Part shown: piece after piece, positions 1 to 10,177 of the stretch
Position numbering within the stretch: position 1 is the stretch's first letter
Layout: each line of letters begins with the position of its first letter
NCBI GenBank assembly: GCA_052327205.1
Contig: CM126224.1
Location: forward strand, 28,706,001 to 28,770,000
Source: Somniosus microcephalus
Lineage: Eukaryota
Direction: 5' to 3'
Length of the DNA stretch: 64,000 bases
Made by a program: the position numbers and the translations under genes
The notes under the pieces: generated by a model
The model's database searches: none
What the model saw: the letters and a program-made list of their open reading frames with translations, nothing else
Told to the model about the DNA's origin: nothing

Positions 1-2077
1 TAAAATTTGCTGGAAATATTTTGTGAATATTTTATTTTAGTCTTGGCATTGTGCAATTCTATTTGTAATTTTGTCCATCTTTTTACATAAGTAACTTCAT
101 TTTTTAATTTTGGCTGATTTTTGAAATTTATGCAACAAAATGAATACTTAAAATAATTCTTATTTAAGAATTGGCTATAGTTTGTGTTTTTAAAAAAACT
201 AAACACAGACTATTATTTACTTACTTAATAGCGCCCTCTGTAGATATTTTGAGAGATGCTTTGCCATAGAATGTTTTTCTTTGTAAGGAAATGATTTATT
301 GTTATGCATCTATTATTGAGGTTGTGCGTGCTGTACATTGTGTATAAGGGAAGTATTAACAAGTTTGGTTTTTATGACTGATACGTTATTAGAAAAGGCA
401 AATTTCTATTTTTGATGGCTTAATTTTTATTAATCACAAGACATCGAATTCAATATATTTTGTTTAAATTATTCAGCTAATTTAATATGTGCCGCATGAT
501 AGGCAACACAATAAGTTCCCAGAGGAATCTTGGTGCTTTGCCATAGGGTAGGAAAATTGGTGTCCAAATATCTGACTGACTATGACATTCATGCACCTTG
601 CTACAAACCGTTGCAGAGCAGCATTGGCAGTAGCCTGGTACATCAGGTCTCCTGCGACGTTCTTGGCTGGAGAATGGTGCCAAGTCTCGGGTGAGGGAAA
701 AAGGTTGTAGAAAAAGCTTTTACCCTTCTTGGTACTTTGGACGAGTTTGCTTGTCGGCAGAAACGTTTCCTATTTTGAGACATCAAAAGTTGTCCAGGAT
801 TGTCAATCTACAAAGTTTTGGGCTTTCAGTTGGTTGGAAGACTGGCCATAAAACCAGTTTTCAGTGCATGGAAACTCATTTGTTTAAACAAAATGGTGAG
901 TTGAAGCCTACAAGAAAAAAGAGGGTTTAAAGTTGTATTTTTAGAGAGAGAAAAGGGTTAGAAAAGATAGCATAGGTTTTGCAAATAGGAATGAAGCGAA
1001 TTGGGGAAATTGAGATGACTAGGCAAGCAGAATTAAAATATATACAATTTTATTTTATTTCTGTCATGTTAATATTACAAAAGTAAAGCTAGACCTGAAA
1101 TTTGAGTAACTTTATTACTGTAATTCTGATCATTTCCACAGTGTATGAAATGAAAGCTTGCAGAGCTGTTTGGTTCGGAGAGACAGTCACTTTCCTGGAT
1201 CTGTCAGTGGTCCAAGGATTATTAAACTGCAATTGTTTTCACTTGCAGAGTTGTCTCTGAACTGTTTTCCTACTTCTGAGGAATGCTGCATAGATACAAG
1301 CTGTTCAGTTCAAGAATGTATTGTACCTGGTAGTGGTGCTGTTTTTGTGTTTGGCAACCTCGAGAGTTGGGTTGATTTTTGTCAGTGTTTCAGTTATGGA
1401 AATAGTATTAGACCAGTGGGGAAATATTTTTGCTAGAACAGTTTTGTTATTGCAGTTAAGAGTCCATTTACTTCTGACCTTATTCCTTACCAACTTGGTT
1501 TTGGTCAGCAGCGGAATAGAGTTTGTTCCCTTACTAGCTCCTACCTGCACATATTTCTTCTTCTTTGTGATTAGTTACCTCATCTTCCAGGTACGACTCT
1601 ATTACCAAGGCTGTCTATTGTATTCATGTATAATTGGGCACAATTCTAATTGGAATAGATACTAAACCTGCTGTCTGTCTGAGGACATTCCAGCCATTTG
1701 ACCAGTCAGTACCATAATATGTGACCAGAGTTCTTCTATTTACTGATTTGGGAAAAAATGGTTCCAACCTAAATGGTTAAAGTTTGCTAAAACATGGATT
1801 CATTGTATTTTTATAGGAGGACGTTTTACAAAATGCACCCCTAAAACAAATAATGAAAATTTGGTAACATGTGGATGAAAAGTAAGACACCATGATACTG
1901 AATTTATAAACACAATAGTGTTGTCATGTCACTCAGTGGAATATTTTTCATCCATTTTAACTGCATCCAATGTAACAAGTGTTTTTATAACTACATACTT
2001 TGAAGTACGTACTTTGAAATACATAGTCCTATGAAATGGTTAAATGTTGGTCAAAATGTTCATCTGCAGTATAACTA

Positions 2078-2520
2078 CAGCTTTGGCTCAGTGGTAACAC
2101 TGTCGCCTCTGAGTCACAAGGTTGTGCATTTAAGCCCCACTGCAGAGACGTGAGCACATAATTTAGGCTGACACTTCAATGCAGCACTAAAGGAGTGGCA
2201 GAGATGCAGTCTTTTGGATGAGATGGTAAACTGAGGCCCCTTTCACATGGTCATAAAAGATCCCATGGCACTATTTGAAGATGAGCATGGAAGTTCTCCT
2301 GGTGTCCTGGCCAATATTTATCCCTCAACCAACATCATTAAAACCATATCTGGTCATTTATCTCATTGATGTTTGTGAGACTTTGCTGTGTGCAAATTGT
2401 CTGTCACATTTCTGTACATTACGAGAGTGACTACACATCTAATGTACTTCATTGGCTGTGTAGCGCTATGTGACATCCGCAGACCGTGAAAGATGCGAGT
2501 ATAAATGCAACTTTGTTCTT
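2078..2520 (+). mobile_element. tRNA-derived DeuSINE (SacSINE1-like), near full length
   Basis: tRNA-like head (GGCTCAGTGGTAACAC...), Deu-domain-like core (AAGATCCCATGGCACTATTTGAAG...CCTGGCCAATATTTATCCCTCAACCAACATC) and L2-type tail ATAAATGCAA; family recognised from memory. Confidence 0.8.
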
Positions 2521-3201
2521 AACTAAAATTAGAAATGTTTAAAAACATAGGGAGCCTGAATTTGCAGTCGGAGGCATCCCGTGGGCGAATGCCTCCGAAC
2601 CGTAAGAAAAGTATGAACCTACCTGATGGTCCCGTACCTACGAAGACTCATGCTCCTGGGCCTCCAGGCGTAGGCCTGCGTAGAGGCCCATGGATCCCAG
2701 GGGTACATGCGTTTCGCAAGCGCCCCCGGGACCACGTGGGCCGGCCCAACCAATCAGAAAGGGGGATCCCAATTATGCTCATACGGAATTCCCATAAGCT
2801 TAATAGGAATCACATAAAAAGCACAAATTTCACACAACTCAAATAAAAAGAAATCATTACATAGTCAAAATTAATTAAAATACAATGTAATTAAACATTT
2901 AAAACAAAAAATAATTTGTTGAAAAATCAACGTAAACATTTTTGAAGGGTCCAAAAATAACCTAAGCTAATTTTAAAGGTTTTTTTAAGTTTAAATGATT
3001 AAAAAAAATTTTTTTATTTTAATATTTATTTCAACCCTTACGCTGGTAAAAGAAGGCCCTATGCCTGCTTTTACCGGGCATAAGATTTTTTGGGGCATTC
3101 GCTGGGCAGTAGTCGCGCAAACAGCCCAACTCTCCATCAGCGAATGTCCATTTCCTGGGGATGCGGTGGATCTGTCAAGCTGACACTTGACAGATCGCAA
3201 G

Positions 3202-3458
3202 TGTTAAGTATGTGTATTGTATTGAACAATTAACACAAAGACTTAAACGTATAACTCAAACAGGTCTTTACTGGTTGGAGGTAGGGACTGCACGTAGGTC
3301 TTTACTTCATGCCCACAGGCGGGAACTGAGGGGAGATCAGTACCCACAGTACTATTTATACCCCTATGGCCAGGAGTGGTACTGCGTATCACTACGCCCT
3401 ACAAGTAGTGCAGTCCTGTCCATAGGTTCAAAGTAGCACACATATTACATACACAACA
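3202..3458 (-). repeat. 3' LTR (257 bp)
   Basis: Direct repeat of 6523-6779; the only difference I see is C3402 vs T6723; TGTT...AACA termini. Confidence 0.97.
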
Positions 3459-3471
3459 TTCCTCCCTTCTT
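3459..3471 (-). promoter_or_regulatory. Polypurine tract AAGAAGGGAGGAA
   Basis: 13 purines on the - strand directly abutting the 3' LTR. Confidence 0.9.
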
Positions 3472-3569
3472 AGCTTTACAGTCATCTCCCCATTTAACAT
3501 AACGTAATAACATATATACATATATGACTTCAGGTTTACATAACAGAATAACATAGATAACTTCATGTC

Positions 3570-3766
3570 AAAACAGATCACAGATTCAGTCTCTGCGGAA
3601 AACAGTTCACAGATTCAATCTCTGTGGTGTAGTCGGTTCACGTTGCTGGAGTGACTCATTCAATAGTCCTTCCATGGATTTAACAGTTTGAACTTCCGAA
3701 CTGAATTGGCTCCTTTCGGAGGGACCACGTGTGTGATCTGGTAGAGGTAATAATGGTTCAGATGGG
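3570..3766 (-). pseudogene. Vestigial integrase C-terminal tail of pol (…REPTTPQRLNL*), last 29 bp tandemly duplicated
   Basis: Pro/Ser-rich stretch ending PQRLNL-stop just before the PPT, resembling Mag-type pol ends; out of frame with the main ORF; duplicate units at 3570-3598 and 3599-3627. Confidence 0.6.
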
Positions 3767-5959
3767 TCATCTTCTGTTTCGACTTTTCCTTTTCTGCTTC
3801 TTGGAGACTTTCTGGGCTCCACTGTCAGCTGCCTGCTGCATGCGCAGTTCCTCCTTCTCTTCCTCCTTTTTCCGTAGTAGAGCCACCTTCTCCCGATGTT
3901 CCGTAGACTTTCGGTGCTCCTCCATGATTTCTGTATGGTGGGAGTCGAAGTTACAAGTTGGGCAGGACAGGACATAGTAATATTCGGTGTCGTCCTGATC
4001 TAGGCCAGCGAGAGGGTCTTCTATTTCCTCCATACCCAGCTGGGCGTTAGCCAGCTTTTGTTCCAAGTCCAGACATCTTTCCTGAAGAGACTTCTTCATG
4101 CGTACCTCTTCATCCAGCTTTTTCTGGGCTTTCAGCAAGTCGTTTACTAATGACCTCATTTGAGATTTTACTACTTCAACTTCTTTTGGAGATTGATTGA
4201 TCGGACTATTCAATCCCTCTACTGGAGCAGCTGTTTCAGCGGTCTGTTGTTCTACGTTGACGTGAGTCAGCGTACTTTTGGCATCCAAGGGCTGCTCTGT
4301 TGCAGTCATCTCAGTCTGTGTTGCCACCTCAGCTCTTCCAATAACCTTTGAGAGCTCCGAACCCCTTTCGTTTGAATATTGAAGTTCGTGTTCAAGTTTT
4401 TCCCATTTCAGAGTCCTGTCCTTCAGCATATGCAGGAGTTGGCTGACCGTTAACTCCTCTGACATCAGACGTTTTGTGTGCTCCTGCTCCATTTTCTCCA
4501 TCAGCTGCTTCTGTTGTCTTTCCAGATTCTCCAACTCTATATCAAAGAACTCTTTCGTCGCATTCAACTCTTGCTCAAAACGGCGAAGCATTTGTTCTAA
4601 TTGCTGTTGTAGTTTGAAATGGAGTTGAGTTCGAGCCCGGTGTCCCTCAGAAATGGGCACATCAGTAGACTTGCCAGACTCAGAATCCACAGTTAAACTA
4701 TGTTGTTGTTGCTCAGTGGAATTCTGTGCTGAAACTTTGTCTTTTGCACCTGAGTTGGGCTTACCATCATCCGTTCCAGAGTCTGGGCCGACTATCTTCA
4801 CCGAGTTCTCACTCGTTATTGTTTGTAGGAAATGCCAGTCCATATTCATTTTCCTAATCCACTCCCGTCCTAGTAGTGGAGGACCTCCTTCAGATATCAC
4901 ATATAAGTCCATTATTTGACTGTCTTCGCCCTTGTGGACCACTGCAACCTCTATTTTCCCGATGGGGTACACTCTTTGCCCCGTGTATGTTTTCAATATA
5001 ATCCCCGTATCCTGTAGGGGAATATGTTGGAATAACTTTCCGTAATCTTTCTTATTTATGACCGTCAATGCCGATCCAGTGTCCAATTCCAGTTTTACTT
5101 GGACTCCTTCTATCTGAAGAGTGACCCAAATTGTCTGGAGGTCTGCACCCTTACCAGCGTTGAGTACTCTTAAGCTAGCCAGTTCATTACTGCTAGCGTC
5201 TGAATCGGACTCCTGTTCGGTCACCTTGTGTACCTTTGCGTATTTTCCTTGCGGTGACTTCTTGTTGCTGGTCTTCTTCCCTGACCTGCATACTCTAGCT
5301 ATATGTCCAAGCCTACCACAAGTTCTACATTCTTGGTTTTTAAACCAACACTGGTTCTGATCATGCGTTGTCTTTCCACAACGATAACATTTGCCAGAAC
5401 TCACACCCAATTTGTGTGCACTGAGCTCCGGTGACCGTAGCTGCATTACTGCCGTGCCTCTCGCTGCGGCTTCGTGTGCTGCTGCCATAGTGACCGCCTT
5501 CTCAAGCGTCAGCTCATTCTCCTCGAGCAGTCGCTTTTGTGTATCCTGTTTAAATAAACCACACACAAATTTGTCTCGAAGTGCCTCTGTCAGTCCCGTT
5601 CCAAACTGGCAATATTTCGCTAATTTACGCAATTCCAGCAAATATTCAGCATTGCTTTCATGCTGTAGCTGCCTTCTGTCGTAAAATTTAAATCGTTCCG
5701 CTAGCATCAGCGGCGTGGGGTTTAGATGATCTTTCAGGACAGTAACAATCTCATCGAACGTCTTATCCGCCGGTTCATCTGGTGATAACAGGTGTTTCAA
5801 TTGCCCGTATGTCTTCGCACCCATTAAATTTAATAATGTTAGAGCTTTATCTTGGTCACGAATTTTATTGGCCTTACAATAATTTTTTACTCTTTCAACA
5901 TATATGGCCCAATCTTCGAGGTCACTATCAAAGGTGCTAATATTCCCGTGTTTAGGCAT
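3767..5959 (-). CDS. 730-aa chimeric polyprotein: Gag (2x CCHC) - aspartic protease - linker - STK10/SLK-like coiled coil - OPTN-like coiled coil - DNAJC21-like C2H2 zinc finger and basic tail
   Basis: Uninterrupted ORF. Mag-type Gag N-terminus (DWAIYVERV...[11 protein letters not shown]), knuckles [14 protein letters not shown] and [14 protein letters not shown] (aa191-224), protease LDTGS...LLGREWI (aa292-368). C-terminal half matches remembered host proteins (see findings). Confidence 0.93.
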   Translation of the reverse strand: MPKHGNISTFDSDLEDWAIYVERVKNYCKANKIRDQDKALTLLNLMGAKTYGQLKHLLSPDEPADKTFDEIVTVLKDHLNPTPLMLAERFKFYDRRQLQHESNAEYLLELRKLAKYCQFGTGLTEALRDKFVCGLFKQDTQKRLLEENELTLEKAVTMAAAHEAAARGTAVMQLRSPELSAHKLGVSSGKCYRCGKTTHDQNQCWFKNQECRTCGRLGHIARVCRSGKKTSNKKSPQGKYAKVHKVTEQESDSDASSNELASLRVLNAGKGADLQTIWVTLQIEGVQVKLELDTGSALTVINKKDYGKLFQHIPLQDTGIILKTYTGQRVYPIGKIEVAVVHKGEDSQIMDLYVISEGGPPLLGREWIRKMNMDWHFLQTITSENSVKIVGPDSGTDDGKPNSGAKDKVSAQNSTEQQQHSLTVDSESGKSTDVPISEGHRARTQLHFKLQQQLEQMLRRFEQELNATKEFFDIELENLERQQKQLMEKMEQEHTKRLMSEELTVSQLLHMLKDRTLKWEKLEHELQYSNERGSELSKVIGRAEVATQTEMTATEQPLDAKSTLTHVNVEQQTAETAAPVEGLNSPINQSPKEVEVVKSQMRSLVNDLLKAQKKLDEEVRMKKSLQERCLDLEQKLANAQLGMEEIEDPLAGLDQDDTEYYYVLSCPTCNFDSHHTEIMEEHRKSTEHREKVALLRKKEEEKEELRMQQAADSGAQKVSKKQKRKSRNRR

Positions 5960-6511
5960 TGTAGATTTGCAATTTCTCAGATTTTATTTTCTTTACTTGT
6001 TATCAAAGATGGCGGCTTCCCGCTCTTGCCGTCGTCCTCCGCCCACAAAATGGCGGTTTTCCCGCGCTTGGCGGTCTTCACCCGTCCCCCGACGCCGTCT
6101 CCCTTCAGCCCCCGAGTGCGGCCCTTATCTTCGCCGCGATCGATAGCCCGCGCTGTGCACCGCGGCTCTCGCACCTTGAGCTTCTGCAGCCGCCGCGCCT
6201 TTCAGTCCGAATGCGGCCCTTATCTTTGGTCCCGATCGCTGGCCCGCGCTGCGCCTCGCACTTGAAGCGGCTCCCGGCCTCTGGCTCACCCGCTCGCGCG
6301 GCTCTTGCTCGCTCCCTCCCGGGCTCTGGCTTACCCACGAGGTTATGGAGGCTTCAGGGTCCTAATGCCTGTCGCTTCCAGTCGCTGGAAGCTGTCAGGA
6401 TTTCTGCTGCCCTTCAGTTTTGAGTGGGGTGTTGAGGATTGAAACCTCTCTTCAACGTCCTGTCTTTGGACGAAGCCGCCGTGGAATAACTGCCGCAGGG
6501 TAAGAACCTGA

Positions 6512-6521
6512 CTCGTCGCCA
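6512..6521 (-). promoter_or_regulatory. Primer-binding site TGGCGACGAG, complementary to the 3' end of tRNA-Ser(GCU)
   Basis: One nt inside the 5' LTR; vertebrate tRNA-Ser(GCT) ends CTCGTCGCCA. Confidence 0.85.
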
Positions 6522-6522
6522 G

Positions 6523-6779
6523 TGTTAAGTATGTGTATTGTATTGAACAATTAACACAAAGACTTAAACGTATAACTCAAACAGGTCTTTACTGGTTGGA
6601 GGTAGGGACTGCACGTAGGTCTTTACTTCATGCCCACAGGCGGGAACTGAGGGGAGATCAGTACCCACAGTACTATTTATACCCCTATGGCCAGGAGTGG
6701 TACTGCGTATCACTACGCCCTATAAGTAGTGCAGTCCTGTCCATAGGTTCAAAGTAGCACACATATTACATACACAACA
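6523..6779 (-). repeat. 5' LTR (257 bp) with TATA box (TATAAATA at 6681-6674) and AGTAAA poly(A)-like signals
   Basis: Direct repeat of 3202-3458; motifs read on the - strand. Confidence 0.97.
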
Positions 6780-7439
6780 GCAAGTTCCAGGTGTTCACGC
6801 GTGCGCATCGCGTGCGGAAATCTGGGACTTGCGGGGCATTTACGGCCAGCATACACGGTGCGCACACGGTCATAGGCCCCGGAAAATCAGGGCCAGGGTG
6901 TGTCCATGTTTGATCCAGAATTTAAAACTCTCTTCAGAGAAACTAATGCAGTAATAGAAAGTATCTCAAAATAAATGTGCAACTTCTTGCAAGGTGCAAA
7001 ATATATAACTTTTTATTTTTTAATTGGTGTATAGTTTATCAATGTGTAATGGTTTAAAGTCAATTAAATTATTGGAAGTATGCCGCCTTGCTTGTTTGAT
7101 CTACAGATGAAAATCACTATGAAATATTCTGTAAACCCTATGTACTCAATTTTTAACGCACCATCTTCAATCAATACTCTTTTGAGGCTAAGCAATTACA
7201 GAAGTTAACCATTAATGAATTGATAGTCTTGTTTCGTTGCCACGTTTGCAGAATTTAATGTCACTATTCAATTTCTTCACACCAGTGCTAATTTGAACTC
7301 AAAACAAGACCTTTGATTTTATCCTCTGAAACCTTTGCAATTAAATGGTGACTTGCTGCTCGTGGACTTCTCCACTATATTTCAGTTATTAGATGACTGA
7401 GAAAAATATTAAATTGGCTATCTTTTCCTCAAAATTAGA

Positions 7440-7750
7440 TGTAGTGTAAGCTCCCTCTTTGCTCTAACTGCGCATTTTAACCAATCCTCTGGATGATCTG
7501 CAACAACGCCATTGAAGCATTCCCATTCCATCTCCTTGTGACCTCTCCAAAAGAGATTGTCATTTTACATTGAAAGTTCCGACTGTATTCAGTGAACTTA
7601 TGCCTGCTTTGAACTGGATTCAGATGTGCAAAATTCATTTCATATGGAACCTTTAACCAAAGAGAGGATTGCTATTCCAATTAGTCTTGGGTGGATTCAA
7701 ACCCAGGAACCTGAGGTAAAAGGACAATGTGCAAACCCACTGGGTCCCAG
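7440..7750 (-). mobile_element. Old degenerate tRNA-derived SINE
   Basis: - strand tRNA-like head ...CCTTTTACCTCAGGTTCCTGGGTTTGAATCCA (B-box-like); boundaries approximate. Confidence 0.4.
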
Positions 7751-8454
7751 AACCAAACATACAGGTATTGTCAAAGAATAGTGGTGTAACCCCAGAACAT
7801 GTTGAGAGCAGAATAGGTCACTCTCAAATCCCAACCAAGTGGAAAAAAACTGATTATAATAATTATTAAAACTGCCTAAAATGCAGTATTTCTTCCCATT
7901 ACATCTGCACTATCCTTGAAGTGGATACTCTAGTCTGTGTACAGTGCTATCACTGGCTGATTTTCCAAGAGATGTACTTTCACAGTACAGGAAAGAATCC
8001 TTCCCTTCCCAAGATGAGTTGTTTTAAGTGAAACCCTAAGCATGAAGGTCAGTTGAGACTGGGAACTCTGGTCTCCTGATTACTGTTGTTTCTGCATTGC
8101 ACTTTTGATCCTGATGGTGTGCCAAAGTTTCCATTGTGCTGGTACCAGAATTGCAGTAAATGCTGTTGGTGCCAGCTTGGTGTTTCAGAGTGTTGATGTA
8201 AGCAAGTAGTTTTCCATGGATTTTACTTTGCTGCAGCTAGCATCATTGACCATCTTTTATTTACTTTAAAAAGGTGGCCTTTTGGCCTTTTGTACTATCG
8301 TTATATCTCCTACAGCTTTAAAAGAGCTCTGTCAGCTTCCCCCAATTTGCACTTTGAGTGGCCAGTACTTGCTGGTAGGTCCGTCTTCCACTACAGCACC
8401 AATAGTATCATTAACCTCGTGGCAAGTGCTATAAACATTAAATTCCAACACATG

Positions 8455-9469
8455 GGCCTGGATTTTGTGGTCAGCGACAAACGAACACTTACACTTGGCC
8501 ACAGTATTTCTGTGAGCTTCTGCACTGGAACTTGCGGTTGTTAGAAAGCCAAAACAGCACGGCGCCCTCTAGAGGGGGGTCTGGGGTCTGTGTGAACACG
8601 ACAAGCGACGGTATGTCTCCTTAACCATTCAGATTGAAGAATCCTTACTGAGACATGCAGAGTCTAAACCAGGATGTGTAAGTTAGAATATCTAGTTCCA
8701 TGTCAAATCATGTAGAGAAAGTAAAATAAAGAGAGGGAAGGAAAGATGGGATTAAGAGAGAGAGATAAAAGACAAAGAAAAAGTTTTTAAAAAAAAATTT
8801 AAATTTAAAAAAAAAAACAAAACTCTAATAATTAAAATCTGAAGGAATGAGACTCCACGCTTGCAAAAGTTAATTTTCAGTGCCAGCGAGGTTGTTTGGC
8901 AGTAATTAGTTAAAACTTCACTTCCACTTGAATGGACAAGCCCTAACTTTTTCTGGCAAGTTTAGCGGGTATCTCGCAGCTAAGTACGGCAACTTCACGC
9001 CATTCCATGTATTTTAATGCCGAGTCTCTCAGCAAGATCGTGTTATTGCGCAGCTTCTGGAGGAAGTTGTTGTCCGATTTACAGGAAACTTTGTGCTATC
9101 CGGCACCGACGGGACCGAGCTGTCCCATCAAGACTGCCGGACAAACCAGCGCTAATGTTAAAACATACGGAAGCTTTTGAGCTCCGTATCTAGCAACAAA
9201 CCCTGTTGACAGCTTCTAAACAGTCAGCCATAGCTTGCAAGCGTCTCTGTAGCTAAGCAACAGCTTTAGCTAGACCTTGCAGAGCCTGACTGGTGGGAAA
9301 AAAAAAAAGCAACGAAAAGAAAAAAAACTTTCTGAACCAACTCCTGAATTTTGCCGGTGGCTCGAGCATTCCGGACAGTTAACCTCCGGATAAACCAAAG
9401 TTTCCTGTACTCCTTAATAATGGTGAGTGCTGTTGGCCTCACCATTATTTCTACTGCAAAATCTGGGCC
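8455..9469. mobile_element. Harbinger-like MITE containing a nested TA-target MITE
   Basis: TIRs GGCCTGGATTTT / AAAATCTGGGCC; related in opposite orientation to 33064-33826. Confidence 0.7.
9082..9407 (+). mobile_element. Tc1/mariner(pogo)-type MITE, copy 1
   Basis: TIR CAGGAAACTTTG...CAAAGTTTCCTG flanked by TA on both sides; homologous to 13355-13672 and 14305-14658; strand is relative orientation only. Confidence 0.85.
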
Positions 9470-10177
9470 AATACCATTGGAGCTACTAAAATGATCAGAC
9501 TGGTTACTATTGTTTTTGACCTTTAATACATGAAATTCACCCTACATGAAATAATCTCAGTCTTTGGTGGGTTTGCATATGTTATTTGGCGGCACTTTTC
9601 TTTGATTTTGGGAGAAGGTGTAACTACCATTAAAATACATCTCTTTTGAAAAATATCTGGAAAGGATCAGCCTGAACTGGTGGCTTCAGTACAAGAAAAG
9701 GGAGCGCTACATTCTTGCATGTACAATTTTTATCTAACAATGTTGTTAAATTAACACAGTGGCTTAAAATGAATGCCTGCATTTCCCATTATCCTTCGCC
9801 AACAGCAATATCTCTCCCACAGGTAAACATTGACCAATGATACATTCTGATATTGTTTTTCTATGGCTAGATTTTGGCACTGCCACTGTTCTTAATACCA
9901 CAGGAGTGAAGAAAGTACAGCTCCACAAATTCTTTCAGTATTTCCAATAGATGTTTCACCATTGATTTATTACATCTTTGGTCTTGGTCATTATTTGAAT
10001 TTGCTCTTCAGCAAAAAAAAACCTAGACTTTGAAATTCTTACAGTACATTAAAGAGCTTTGTATGAGCCATTTCAGTACTTTACTTGGAATAGAGTGTAT
10101 GATTTTTTTGTAATAATTGCCTCTTTCCCTTATCTTCCATCACTCCAACCCCCCCCCCCCCAACCTGTCACCAAAAC

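Larger units (their letters stand above)
3202..6779 (-). mobile_element. Complete non-autonomous Ty3/Gypsy (Mag-like) LTR retrotransposon carrying captured host-gene fragments
   Basis: Two 257-bp LTRs (TG...CA), 5-bp TSD GCAAG at 3197-3201 and 6780-6784, PBS, PPT, gag-protease ORF, no RT/RNase H/integrase core. Confidence 0.97.
2552..6894. mobile_element. Non-autonomous TIR DNA transposon (Harbinger-like MITE, ~760 bp) interrupted by the LTR element
   Basis: Imperfect 12-bp TIRs GAGCCTGAATTT (2552) / AAAATCAGGGCC (6883-6894), AGG on both flanks (3-bp TSD), GC-rich arms and AT-rich core; similar architecture at 36926 and 42741. Confidence 0.7.

Noticed and set aside
477-907. - strand segment with RRRRPDVPGYCQCC, resembling the DBF4-type zinc finger start (GYCECC), with a plausible acceptor at 908 and donor at 596
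   Set aside because: The segment does not stay in one frame, has an in-frame stop just upstream, and I find no convincing HL..xxH second half; chance or an unrecognisably decayed pseudogene. A TBLASTX against other sharks would settle it.
3212-3436. 74-aa ORF duplicated at 6533-6757
   Set aside because: Antisense reading of the two LTRs with a non-ATG-type start; explained by the repeat
3607-3975. 122-aa alternative-frame ORF as an independent gene
   Set aside because: N-terminal part is an off-frame reading of the main ORF; only the tail is meaningful, as a pol vestige
3767-4819. Interpreting the C-terminal half of the ORF as an env or a domesticated gag gene
   Set aside because: No signal peptide or transmembrane segment; near-identical LTRs and an intact TSD indicate a recent mobile copy, not an old domesticated locus
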